From Carcharhinus longimanus (lineage: Eukaryota): a DNA stretch of 64,000 nt. The translations under genes and the position numbers were made by a program. The stretch spans positions 15,285,243 through 15,349,242 of the forward strand of contig JASCQW010000177.1 in the NCBI GenBank assembly GCA_030264375.1, in the 5' to 3' direction. Shown here one piece after another: positions 24,216 to 37,487 of the stretch; position 1 is the first letter of the stretch, and every line of letters starts with the position of its first letter. The notes beneath the pieces are model-generated. The model was not told where the DNA came from. It saw nothing but the letters and a program-made list of their open reading frames with translations, and ran no database searches.

Positions 24216-25076
24216 TCACAACTGTATAAAGACCTTCAAATTAATTAATTGAAGATTGGTATGTACACTTATGCCACCCATTTGGTTTGGGGCTGGATAA
24301 TTCAGAGGTTTGAAAAAATGGAAGAGTTTTCTTTTTAATTAAAAGTCCAAGTCCACTCCACATACCAGGATGGAAGGTTTTAATTACAAGGATTGGCTTT
24401 AAAATTATCCCACTTGACAAAAGAGGAGTACTTTTACAAGTCTGCTGCCACCATTTTGGTTTAATGGTCAAAAAATTGTGGGCAACAAGTATTTGATTTT
24501 GTGATAAATGGTGGTCTGAATAAGCAGATTAGACTTGTAAAATTTCCTCTTTACCTGGATCAAGTGGCAGGGTAAAAGTAAACTACTGCAGATTTGGTTG
24601 AATTTTTACCACCTCAACGTTAATACTTCAGGCTCCAGATTGTTAGATTTGTGGCTTCCAATCAAAGTCAGGTGCTTTTTCCAGTAAAATTACAAATGGA
24701 ATTACTTCACCCTTGGAGGAAGGTGATATTCCCTTTATTTTGATATTCCCATTTGGCAAAGTGCCTCTTCATCAGCATATTTCCTTTTGTCTTGCTGCAT
24801 TATCATCTTTCCCACGTAACGCTGTCACTATCACCTGGCAAACGAGATCTATCCAAGCTTACAAGAAAAGGAACTTACATATCTGCCAGAAATTAAAAAA
24901 AAACTAAGCTGTGAAATTGCTTACAAAGTCAACACAATTATCAACAACCTAGTATTTCCTTCATGAAAATAAAACAATGGCCAGATTGGTAAATGTACTG
25001 CTTGATGTACATTCACAGGCCCAAGAGATCCTAATCCCAGGTCTGCATTGAGTTTGAGGAGTTAGCTGGAGTAGTG

Positions 25077-25410
25077 GGCAGCACAGTGATTAGCACTGCT
25101 GCCTCACAGCACCAGGGACTCAGATTTGATTCCAGCCTTGGGTCACTGTCTATGTGGAGTTTGCACGTTTCCCCTTTGTGCGAATTTCCTCCGGGTGCTC
25201 CAGTTTCCTCCCACACTCCAAAGATGTGCAGGTTAGGTGTGTTGTCCATGCTAAATCGTGTCCAAAATGTGTAGGTTAGGTGAATGAGTCATGGTAAATG
25301 CATGGAGTTATGGGGTTAGGGCAGGAGCTGGATTTTGGTAAGATGCTCTTCTGGAGAGTTGGTGCAGATTTGATGGGCTGAATGGCCTTTTTCTGCACTG
25401 TAGGAACTCT
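25077..25410 (+). mobile_element. Full-length HE1-type V-SINE
   Basis: Head gggcagcacagtgattagcactgct, V-domain, tail. Confidence 0.88.
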
Positions 25411-25641
25411 AGTGATAGGCACTGTAATGCACTAAGGAGAGAGAAAATAGAGAAAAAAATGCAGCCAGAGCTTACTCTCTGGCTTACTAGAAATTGACTG
25501 CTGTTTGAAACCGTAGCCAGGATCAACAGCAGTAAACATGGATCTTTAAGAAATTAAGATGAGCACCCTCCTTCTGGGTCTAATGGTTTTATAGGAACAC
25601 GTCAGCAACTACCACTGTAGACTTTTGGATTTGAGATTAAA

Positions 25642-27357
25642 AGCTGGATTTTCGCTCAGCCAAGATGACTTGGGAACCATTTAAAAATGGTGGGTGGTAC
25701 CGATTCCAGAATCCCTGACTCCAGTCCCATGGTTTTTGAAAATACCTTTTCAGGTTCCAGGCTGGTTCAGGTTGCGAGACTAGCTTGCCGACCTGTCTGG
25801 CTCCATTGCTGGGAAAGGCATGTCCTAGTCCTCTGTAATGCTCATGGAGTCAGTCCAGCTTTTCAAAGAGTCTGGTTCATGGCACCGCAAGAGGTGTCAT
25901 AAACCAAAGTCTGCATAAAGGGGTCTTTTGAAAGGCAAATTCAAAAGATTTGTCTTTATGTCAGGGTATGCTCCCAAATAAGCTGTATGGCCTCTCATGC
26001 CCTGCAAAATATCCCCATGACCCCTCGTGCCTCCTAAACAACCCCTATGGTTTCTCATGACCCCATACCAAGCAATGGCACCTCCGTGCCCATTCAGTAT
26101 ATACACTGTATAGAACCAAGAAACCTGATAGTGACAGTAGGATGTGTTTAAAAAAAACCTCCAAAAAAATCTTTTCCTTCGTACCGGCATGATTTTCTTG
26201 TTGTGCCGAAGTTGACCCCTGATGCACGGGGGAATGGATGAACCATGCAAATTGCAATTTCTCACATTTAAAAAAATTCAACAGGGTAAGACAGGGTAGA
26301 TTCAGAAAGAATGTTCCCAATGGTGGGGGAGCCAGAACTTGGGGTCATAATTTGGGAATAAAGGGTAACCTTAAAGCCTTTTAGAACTGAGTTAAGGAGA
26401 AATGTCTTCACCCAGAGGATGGTGAATGTGTGGAATTCACTACCACAGAAAGTAGTTGAGGCCAAAATGTTGTGTGATTTTAAAAAAGAAATTGGAAAAT
26501 CTCTAGAGGCTAAAGGATCAAGGGAAAGGGGGCAGTGGGGACGGGGGGGGGGGGGGGGCGAGNNNNNNNNNNNNNNNNNNNNNATCAGCCATAATGAAAA
26601 TAAATGGCAGAGCAGGCTTGAAGGACCAAATAGTCTACTTCTCCTACTTTCTATGTTTCTATGGCTTTGGCAGGGCCAAAAGATCCCACTGATGGCCAAT
26701 GCAGAGCCGTCTCCACAATGGGAAAACTCGCCGCAGACTGCTGGAACATTTTGATCATTAATTAATAACTTTCCACTTCCTTCAAGACTAATGGATTTCT
26801 GTGCTCTAAGCCAAGCCTCATTATGTATTCTTGGCTGACAGCCCAGACATCCAACAGAATATTAAAACACCTGAGTCCCACAGAAAACAACAAAAGCTTT
26901 TTTTTTCATACATACCTTACTGTCACCACAGGATTCATTGGTTCTATGCAGTATATAGCATGTGAATGAGCATAGCTAGGCATGAGGGGCTAGAAGGGTT
27001 GCTTGGGAAGGCATACCGTGGCATGTTGGGTCATGAGGGGCCTTAGAGGGCATTGGGAGTGTATGGGTGATGAGGGAGTATGAGGGGTGAGGGTGTATGA
27101 AGGGTGAGGGTTGGAGAACATTTCTGTTTTTATTACAACTGGGACAAAGTCCTACAGCACATTTTAAATAGCTCGCCTTTGCACTGTCAGTCCATGACAG
27201 CCTCCGAACTTTTTCTTAGGTCAGTTGGCCTGAATACAAACCACACCCTCCCCCACCATGAAAATGACATCCTTGTGGCCACCTTCTGCCAAGATGGGCA
27301 GGTTGAGCCAAGAATTTTCTTGACTTCCACTACCATCTCAAGGATGAAAATCCAGCT
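25642..27357. mobile_element. Fold-back non-autonomous DNA element with 12-bp TIRs (AGCTGGATTTTC) and nested inserts
   Basis: Exact TIRs at 25642-25653 and 27346-27357; diverged internal inverted arms. Confidence 0.55.
26265..26662 (+). mobile_element. CR1 LINE 3' end
   Basis: FRTELRRNVFTQRMVNVWNSLPQKVVEA...FKKEI, then the gagcaggcttgaagg tail. Confidence 0.88.
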
Positions 27358-30300
27358 CCAAAAGGCTTGGACGAAGGCCCAGTTTACACTAACATAGTTT
27401 TATAGCAATCCTCCAAGTTGTTATTGCTAAAATATGTAGGAACTGCACCACAGGGACATTTAAATTCTTCTTGATTCTAGTCTGGCACTGCCACATATTG
27501 TCCTGGAAGTAATCACACAAAAGAAGAGATGACTTCTTTTAAAGGCAGGAACTGCATCCTCCAGACCAATTTCTAAGCCTTCTCAAATACTGCTTCCTGG
27601 AATTACCATTAGTGGGTGGGTTGCTCCATGACACTGACCATAGTGTCAGTGAGATAGTTGAAGTGTGAGAGCAGGACAGGAAAGGATTAATAATGCAAAC
27701 TAAACTTAAAATAAACTACTGTGTGGAGAACAGAGAAACAGCTCAGGCGAGTTTGGAAGAAATGCTTTATTTTCATGCTTTAAAAAATTGATTTTACATA
27801 CAAATCTAATTATCAGAATAAACCATGACTATCACAAGGAGTGTTCAGCCTTTATTGACAGGATTGCTCACTATCTTACTCAACATTTGAAAGTCATATG
27901 TTAAAGTAAAACAGACAAATCTAAAAAGGCTGCCTCCTTACTCTGAGGTGAAAGACTCCTCTCCTGACAGCTGATTTGCCAATTTTCTAAGATCATCAGC
28001 ATTTTTTTAGTTCTTTTGTTTCCCTTACCGGTTTTCTACACTTATTGAACAATGAATGCTAGCAGGCTTTCTGTCCATGGAAGGTCAGCATCATAGTTGA
28101 GACCAGTCCAATCCTTGTATGCACACTGTTCAGCACGAATATAATTCGGGGTTAATGTTCCCTGTTCCAAGAGTGGGGCAACTGAAGCTAATGATAGTTC
28201 CCCATTGCTACCTTGGCTGAAAGCAGTAAAATGTTTGGACCTGTTCCTCCGGGAATGTGTGGTTTAGTATTACTGAACTGCAAATTTACATAGTTATTTG
28301 CAGCCTCTCTCAACAAGGTCCCAGATTATGGAAAGGACCCATAGATTATCTGGCTCTTTGGCCGTAAATGGCACTTCATGTAACTCAATCAGAACAAGAC
28401 ATGCTTGAAGCAAGGGGGCAATCTACAAGTAACAAGATGGCTGAGGTTTCACAGTAATATGGATTACTCAGCTATGTTTAATCATGAGGCATAATCACAA
28501 ACCTAAGCTACACCGTCTGTAACTGAATGATATGTATGAGATGGCCCAGGATTTGAGTCCTAATCAGCTGAGCAGACTGATCTCAGCTGGATAATGGTGC
28601 AAGCTCTGCAAGTGACCTGATCAATGGATTAGAAAGGGGAAAATCAGCTACGTCTCCTAATCTTTAGCCAATGTCCCTAAAAGTGTGACTGTGCGTCAAA
28701 TAGATAGGTCCACGATCAAATAGCCTTTCAATACTGCTGTCCAGATGTACATATGAAAAGTTATCATTTAGGTGTGATACAAGAGGATGACTTAGCTTCC
28801 ACAGAACTGTACACTAGCCTAAATTAACACTTTCAAGATATCAGGAAAGGATGAATGGGGAACAGGCAAAAATGATTATAAAAAATGAAACAGTTGGATC
28901 CTCTGCATGAGTTACTGTTTTGCATTTAGGACACTTATAATAATTGAAAGAAACAGTCCATTTCTATTCTGAAAACGTGTTTAAAAGTTGGTCTGGAAAT
29001 TCAATGCTTTGTTCTTCCAATTTCCTCTTCTCTGATTCTTTCCCCCTAACTCTGCTGCCTCCTTCCTTTTCTGCATTTACTCAAATCTGCTGCCATTCTG
29101 TACAATGGACATTGGCCACCCTCTTATACCACACCCAAATGCCAGTCATCAAATGCAAAACCATAGATTAAGTGCCAGCAAGTGCAGTCACAACTGAACA
29201 TAAACTGGTCCTCCTCATGGTCTCATATTTTCCAGCAGGAAATTGTGGACAGTACACAGAACTGAAAATTTGGCTAACGTTTCTCCCTTCCTAATTCATG
29301 CTAATTGTGCCAACTCTCATCTTGACTGAGAATAACAGACTTAGAACATAGAACATATCAAACCTAGACCTTCCTGGTTGATGTGATTGAGTGAGCTATT
29401 GGGAGCTTTCTTTTATGCTTTCAACAACCAAGCATGAATAATTTGAGATACTGTGATAACTTGGAACTTCTACAATACAATTTGCCACTGTTTATCAAAG
29501 TCCAGGACAGCTGAACCAAGAGATCTGGTACATTACAGTCAAGAACTATTGAAATTGTAAGTTATATGGTTCACACTTTCAGCGGGTAAGGTGACAGTGT
29601 TGGAGAGTAGAACATTTTAAAAAAATTTTATATGCAATTTGGATCCAAAAAGCCTGGGCTGGATACCAGTTAGTAATAAACTGAATGTCTTCTTGATGTC
29701 CCCATGATCATGATCAGCCATGATTTTATTGAATGGTGGAGCAGGCTCGAAGGGCTAGATGGCCTACTCCTGCTCCTATTTCATATGTTCTTATGATGTG
29801 TGCCCTGACAGTACAGTTCTTCAACTATTCAGCAGTGAAAGGCTGAGAAGTTTTCTTGCCATTGACTTTTAAAGCCATTATCCCCCCAGCTGTATTACAA
29901 TACATTTCCAGGTCTATGATGTAAGCTGGGGAGGAGGCTTCAGAAAACCATGATTTTGCTCCCTCTCTGTGCTTGGATTCAAAGGAGGTTGGGAGAAGGG
30001 GAGAGTTATTTCTTATTCTCAGCTCTTAAGCATTTTTTCTGATTAGTATCAGGTTGCTTAACTAGTGTTCCTAAAAGAGACAGCTCAAAAAGTGACTCCA
30101 AAATGGTCCTAGGAGCATTTATAGGCTCATCAATGCTGCCACCCACCTTGCCTTCTTTGTTTGGATCCCCCTCAATTTCTGACTTAGTTTCACAGAAGAG
30201 TCACTTGACTCTTCCCTTCCAGAACCATTAGGCCTGGATGACCCATATTAATATTGAGTTAAGTAGGAAATCTTCTAAAACCTGCACTGATGGGAGCAGG

Positions 30301-30374
30301 GTGGTAGGGAATTAGCCATTTTATCGATAAATTTAAAGGTGAATCATTAAATGAGGTAGAACAAAAGATTCTTT

Positions 30375-30557
30375 ACGGAAGGAAATCTGTCATCCTTACC
30401 TGGTCTGGCCTACATGTGACTCCAGAGCCATAGCAATGTGATTGGCCCTCAAGTGCCCTCTGAAATGGCCTAGCAAGCCATTCAGTTCAAGAGCAACTAG
30501 GGTGGGCAATAAATGCTGGCCAAGCCAGTAACACCCATAATCCACAAATGAATAAAA
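30375..30557 (+). mobile_element. 3' half of a second shark SINE family (tail gggcaataaatgctggcc)
   Basis: Matches ~59790-60005; the same tail occurs at ~22670-22800 and ~23690-23755. Confidence 0.7.
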
Positions 30558-30616
30558 ACACAGCCAGCCCACCCACTGGTTCAGAAAGCCTAAAGATGCA
30601 GCATCACTTGATCTAT

Positions 30617-30780
30617 GGTGGCACGGTGGTTAGCACTGCTGTCTCACTGTGGGACATGCAGGGACCTATGTTCAATTCTGACCTTGGTGATTCTGGGCTT
30701 GGGTAAAATGCTCTTTTGCAGAGTTGGTGCAGACTCAATGGACTGAATGGCTTCCTTTGCACTGTAGGGATTCTGTGATC
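30617..30780 (+). mobile_element. HE1 SINE with the V-domain deleted (head joined to tail)
   Basis: tRNA-like head followed directly by the CR1-derived tail. Confidence 0.75.
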
Positions 30781-33339
30781 TGAACTTTGTAAGCATCAGT
30801 TGAGGAACAAGCATCATGTACACTTTAGACGGTAGGTGTAATCTTCGCATGTTGAATCATAATGCACAAGTGCACAGGACCCAGAATAGAGGGATAAAAT
30901 GTCACAAGTGTGAAGATATATTTTAGCTCTTTCTCCACTGGACTCAAGATTCCAACTGTGAAGCCCCAGAATATTAATGAAGGCTTTGAGAATTCATTAG
31001 GGAAAGCTATGCGCGTTGGGCTGCTTGCCAACAAGTTTGTATGCAAATTGTTGAGAGTATGGAGTTTTTCAGCTCCAACTTATATTGATGCTTACACAGA
31101 GCATGGAGTCCATTCTGTCACACGTGGAGTGAATAATCTCCATGACAACACCTCAGCCAATCAGAGCTGACTTGTCAAACAATCAGCATCCTTTTCTCCT
31201 GGAGTATAAATTGCTGTGATTTGAAATTTGGCATTCTTGTGTTTGTCCCGATGAGTGCAAGATGAAAAGCTTTGGCAACATGAATCTCTTCTCAGCAATT
31301 TTCAAACTGGGAGGTGTTGCTTCTGTCATCTGCTGAGGCCTGGAATTAACTCAGCATACAAATTAAGGGCTCCTGTGTCTTGGCACACACTGGCAGTGTT
31401 ATCCATGTTGTGATGCAAGGTTCCAGTCATGGTTGCAGTTGGTGGCTTGATAAGAAGCTTCCTTGATGAAGCACAGGAGCTACCTGCATTACTTTTCAGT
31501 AAAAGTTGACAGATCAGAGATTCTCCTTCAAGAGCTGCTGTGGGTATGTGCAGCACCCTTTTCCTTCTACTGCTTTCTCCTTTCTGCTCCCTCCTTACAT
31601 TTCAGCTTCAAAGACAGACCTATGAGATCACCCATAACTAGAAATAAGCCTTCCAAAGCAGACAAGAGCAAGTTAGTACCAGCACAAAGTTATTCCCAGG
31701 ACTCAGAAGTCACTTGTGAAATGTAGAAAAGACACAGAAATTAACTCGCAGCCTACAGAACAGGCAGAAATTAAAGTATAGGTGCCTAGGCTATTAGATT
31801 ACGTGGAGTCTGTGCTGACATTAACATGAGTTTATTATCTGGTGAGTTTTGTGCTTTATGTGAAGACAATTTTTCAGGACACACTTTCCACCTTATTCTA
31901 ATTCTGTGGTCTTGAAACATGACCAAACAGAACCAGTACTTAATAACTTATAAGCCTTCAATAAGTGGAGAACAGAAAGTATATTTCTGGTCAGAAGCAT
32001 GCTGCCTATAAATATTGGAAAAGCTGGAGAGGCATATATCAGGAGCACAGGAACATTTAAACTGCAGAATTATTTATAAAAATAGGACCTATTCTTGATT
32101 TTCATTTTCCCAAATGCTAAAAATGCACAGCACAATCAGCTACTTGCACTCACCCCTCAGAGGCCCATTCCGTGCTGAGATCTTCAATCTCTCCTCATTC
32201 CTTTCTTAGCCTTAGAACCAATCTTTCCGAGACCCAATTCCTTATCCTCAGAACTGGTCTTTTTCTGTGACCCAATCTTTTGTCTTTAGAACTGATCCTT
32301 CCCTGAGGCAGACACTCTCTCTCTCCACTGTACATACACCCCAGCCTGAAGAACCAATCTCTTCATGCTGGCCCTATATCCCTGCTTTCCTGGGAGCAAT
32401 CCTTCACTGCCCTTTTGCCCCCTACCCTCCCCATCCCAGGCTGCCCTTACATGAAGAATGCTGTGGAAATAATAGCTATCTGATCTAACTTCAATTTTCA
32501 CTGTACTGGCATAATGTTATTCAATCCAATGTACATCCTTGAACATCTTTGTGCAGAGGATTAAACCTGAGCCCTCCCCATGTACCCTAAAATGGGAGGC
32601 CTGAAATTTCCGGGCCTGTGCTCTCACGTCTGGGTTTTGGATTCCCCTAATTTGTTGTTCCCCATCTACCCTGTCAATTCCTGTCACTATTTTAAACATC
32701 TTGATCACATCAGCTCAGTGCTTCTTGAGGTCGCCACTGATCAGAGTACAAGTCATTTTTACAATAATAGTAATAGTTGTATATCTCACTACTACAGGAT
32801 AATGTAAACAATGTTCTGTGTAGTAATAAAGATGCTTTATTAGAGTCTTAAACATTTGGGAAGTTGTCTTGACAGCTTCATAATTAATATGAAGCAACGT
32901 GATGATCCAAATATTGCAATTTTCTTTAACCTCTCTCGAATTTCTCTCTTGTTCTCCTGAACGTTCTAACTTCATGGTTTTATAGCTGCTTGTTGTCAAG
33001 TACTGCTTCCAAGTGACTATATTTCAACATGAACATAGGCAATCAGTACAAGCAGGGTATCTGATCTTGCAGTGTATGGTAACCAAGTCCCATTGTCTTC
33101 ATTCAGGCGTCCAGAATTCTCTGAACAGTGAGCAGAGGGAACCTCAACTAATTTGCCACATCACATCCAGCTTGAAGACAAGAGGTCAACAATAAAACCC
33201 AAGGCAATTAATGTAGTGCAAGATGGGACTTCACTGTTTTTTGCTGCCTAGTCCAAAACCGCACAGTGTATTTTTTTTTATTCCAATTATTATGATATAT
33301 TGCTACTTCCCTTAAATCTAACCTATGGCAGCAGCCTTC

Positions 33340-33760
33340 TGTCTTGCAAGACCATGGTTCTCACCATTGTGGCCAACTCTGTGTTAAGTATTGCCTGGTG
33401 TGGTTTAGGAACTTCGTCCTGACATGGCAGTCTCTGCGATATTTGCTGTAGAGGAAGACAATGACTGCATCAGAAGGTGCACGATTGGCTGGTCTCTGCT
33501 TTCTCTGAGTCATCTTCTTGGGCAGCTGAGCGTTATGTTTCTGCTTGTCTCTTCAATGTCCTTCCAAACAGTCAGTCTCCAGAAACCACAGCCCTCAACA
33601 ATTATCTCCCAGTTGTTAGTTTCAACACCTACATCTTCATATCTCACTTGCCGCGGTCCTTGACGTGGAGTATGAAGGCTCAACAGGTCATCAGCCAGTA
33701 GCCATTTCACCGTATTGAAGGTCTTTGGGTATAGGGCCATCATCTATCTGATATGCATTA
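33340..33760 (-). mobile_element. RTE-clade LINE 3' fragment, decayed
   Basis: Degenerate DG.IPKDL.YGE...; ..V.TNNWE......WR..V...I resembles the RTE C-terminus. Confidence 0.55.
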
Positions 33761-36431
33761 TAAATTCAGGATGCTTGCAGACAGAATATCACATCAGGGG
33801 AGCTGGCAACAAAATGTTGGTTAAGGCCACTTATTTTATCTTCTATTTTCCTCAGGATCCTCACATGCATCCTATTAATTTATGATATTTTGTCATCCTT
33901 TATCTTGGCTAATTCCCCTAACACTTTAATTTATTATATCAGCCGTCATTTTGCTAATAAGCAGTTCAGAGCTTTTCTTATAGAAATGTAGAATATTTTC
34001 CTTAGTAAACACTCCTTGTCAGTTTTGGCATATCCCCTACAGCCTCACCACCCTCTCCTCTCAAGGATCCCAATTCACATTCAATAAATCTCTAGTTATA
34101 TATTTGTACAATACATCACTGTCTTTTTAACATTTTTGTAATTCTTATTTTTATGCCCTCTTCTTCAATGTAACTTCTTTATTTATCTACAGCATACTGA
34201 AGTGTAGCTGCTTTTTTAATCAGTTATACATTTATTCTGCTGGTGTGGTTCCACAATTAATTCATTTACTTGTTACTCATAAATCACAACAGTTCTATCT
34301 TTGTAGGCGTGCAAGTATACTGCTTAAGGAAAGTGACTGGTTAACATTATACTAATTCCATTCACCCTTCTCCATTTGTACCTATCAATATTTGCTTTTC
34401 TATTTGCTCCTTCCTAAAAATATTATAACCTAAGGTGTTTATTGCAGTAACAATACACTGCCTGAAACAAAACTGAGAAACAAGGGATCTGCCTAGCCCT
34501 CCATATGAAGAGTTGATGTGTGAAAATTTTTCAGCTGACTTAATGAAGAAGGAACCAGTATTTAGAAGCAGATTATTCTATAATCAGTTACTCAGCTGAG
34601 CACTGTCAGTACAGAAATGAGGCATCTCATACTTACCTCTGACAACCAATTTCTTTCTCTTCATAACCTTTCTTAGCTCTATGCTTTTGCTATTATGAGG
34701 AACATTGCTCCTCTGAGCTTTTCTCTGTTACAAAGTTAAAAATAATAAAAACAAATATATGTATTGTAATTAATACTGCAGTTTCTTAATTGACTGCCTG
34801 ACCTGTAAGTGCCACAAGTTCACTTTTCTAGAATTCTTTAACAGTTAAATACCTACCCCACTAAAGCTGCAGAATGTCCCTATAATACAGCATTACCTCT
34901 TACTTACTGGGAACATGGAATCTTACCACTTTTCAAAACCATATGTTAACATGTATCCACCACATTTGAAATACCTCAAAAAAATCAGATTGCAAAAAAG
35001 TGTCAAAATCTTACCAAAAATGCTAATTTTCTGTAGTTTTAAACTGACCTCTCCTCACGAGCAGAAACTGTAAGTTGCTAATGCACAGAAACATCCCTCA
35101 ACAATTAGCCTCTAATTGACCACAGGATCTGTCTGATAAAATCACAGAAAGTGTCTGAGCAGTGACCTTAAGGCCAGGTTAAGTACAATTTATTCATAGC
35201 AGCTTAATGCTGCAACTGTGCTCCACCTCCAGATGTCAAGGGAGACCAACTAGTATTATACAAATGCTGGTATATGTAAGTGTTATTGCCATTGCTTCAA
35301 TGTGTGCTTTGAGTACAATTAATGCTTGCTGGTGTTGAACTTATTTCTAAAACCTGATGTTTCTAGTTATAACATTGATCATGTAAGGCAAAAATTTAAC
35401 ACTACATGGGCAGAGTATAGACTTAAGGCTGAGTCTAGTAATTGACTCATTCTCATTCACGTGAACAATATAAGGTCACAATGCATTCAAAATAAATTCA
35501 AAAAGGGGCCAGATGCGGCAGACAGGCAGGGAAGGAACCAGCAGGGAACAAATGGAAAACCTCCAGGCAATATTTCCTGAAGAAAGCAAGGGATTGCTTA
35601 AACAATAGATATTGATAAACTTCTGATATCCGATAGGCTCAACCAATACTAAACAGCAAACTCCTTCCTTCAAAATGGGCATAAAAAGGAAACTTTTTTT
35701 TCTAATTTTCTTGCTGAAACACACTTTGTATTTTTGAACTCCTTGATTTTCAACTGTCCCAAAAAGTAATTATTTGACAAACACTTTTTCACTGAGGTGA
35801 TGGTGCTTTTATCCACCCATATAAACTTTAAAAATATTTATAATAAAAGCAAAAAAAACATATATCCATTATTTTAATTAACTCCAGCAAGAGTATTGGA
35901 AGGAGTGTGAGTTTTCATGACCTGTAAACATGGATCCTCATAAACCATATAGAAAGTTGAAATTCTTGCTCCTGGTATATCTCAAGTTGCTGATGCTAAC
36001 AGATCCTCATGTTCCCAGAGCAACAATGCAAGGATAGCACTTTCCGAAACTCCAGGCCCAAAAAATTCGAACAGAACAAACCAGCAAGTGAGAAATGTGT
36101 GAAAATTGAAACATGAGGCTGCATGGGCTGTACTGCCAGGACTTGCCAGCCACGTATGACCCATGAGCCACAGTTTGTATACCCCAGATTTGCTGAGATG
36201 CAAAAATAAATAACCAGGTTGGGAAATTAGTGCTATTAAAAATGTTCTATTCTCTATTACTGTGACATCTAAAGCGAAACAGCATGGATGGGAAAGCGTA
36301 AAAAACATATATCAAGCAGAATTGGAAGCACAGCAAATTAAGGAAAGCTGTTTTTCTTTCTCTGTGATTCTCTGTTTTGTTCTTTTTGGACAGTATGACA
36401 TCATTTGCGATTCAATCATTTCCCTCCACTA

Positions 36432-36602
<171 letters not shown>

Positions 36603-36942
36603 TTATTGTTGGTTACACCTTCCCCCTGTATGTAGTATTTTCCTAAACATTTAGTAAATTTTTACTCATGCTTCTTTCAATTTTCTAAAATCTGTTAATT
36701 TTCACATATCGAAGAAGTTGACAAAATTTGATAACTGGCTCCACTCTGTCAACACCAAGGATCAACACCAGATGAAATTAATAAGTGCAAATTACCCTGA
36801 CTCTTTCCCAGTAGTGCCGCTCACCTGCTTCACACATAGCAATGACAGTGACATGGCAGGAACCTGTCCTTCCAGTTGGCACATTATGAAGAGTAAAGTA
36901 GTGATGCAGGAGAAATGGAAACTCTAATAATAATGCACTTAC

Positions 36943-37050
36943 ATTTGTGAGGCGTCACTAGTAGGTCAATTGTCTTCTGGGAGAGGTTCGGCCAGATAGA
37001 CATCATCTCCTTTCTCAACTCTCGGTCCATTTGGTGTTTATCAGCCCCTC
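36943..37050 (-). CDS. CACNA1A: CACNA1A exon 39 equivalent (108 nt), pre-IQ: [35 protein letters not shown](S)
   Basis: Acceptor tccttgttag|GA, donor AAT|gtaagt; phase 1 in, phase 1 out. Confidence 0.97.
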
Positions 37051-37169
37051 CTAACAAGGAAACAGATTGGTAGAACATTTTGGAGTCTTAATGAGGCTGC
37101 AATCGTTGTAAAAATGTTTTTATGGCAACGACAATGGAGCAAGATTTCCTCTATGCGCCATATGATAAT

Positions 37170-37487
37170 CACAGAATCCCTACAGTGCAGGAGGTGGCCA
37201 TTCGGTCCATTGAGTCTGCACCAACCATAATCCCACCCAGGCCCTATTCCCATAACCCCACATATTTACTCTGCTAACCCCCCTCACACTAAGGGACAAT
37301 TTAGCATGGCCAATAAACCTAACCCACACATCTTTAGACTGTGGGAGGAAACTGGAGCACCCGGAGGAAACCCACGCAGACACGGGGAAAATGCGCGAAC
37401 TTCACACAGTGACCCATGGCCGGAATTGAACCTGGGTCCCTGGCATTATGAAGCAGCAGTGCTAACCACTGTGCCATCGTACTACCC
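37170..37487 (-). mobile_element. Full-length HE1-type V-SINE, ~120 nt upstream of the exon 39 acceptor
   Basis: Complete head, V-domain and tail on the minus strand. Confidence 0.9.

Noticed and set aside
26521-26583. Long G-run as a G-quadruplex element
   Set aside because: It lies within a CR1 3' end and abuts an N-gap; likely unreliable sequence.
34637-34678. Cryptic exon ending in a strong GAG|gtaagt donor in intron 40
   Set aside because: No pyrimidine tract at the acceptor and an immediate in-frame stop.
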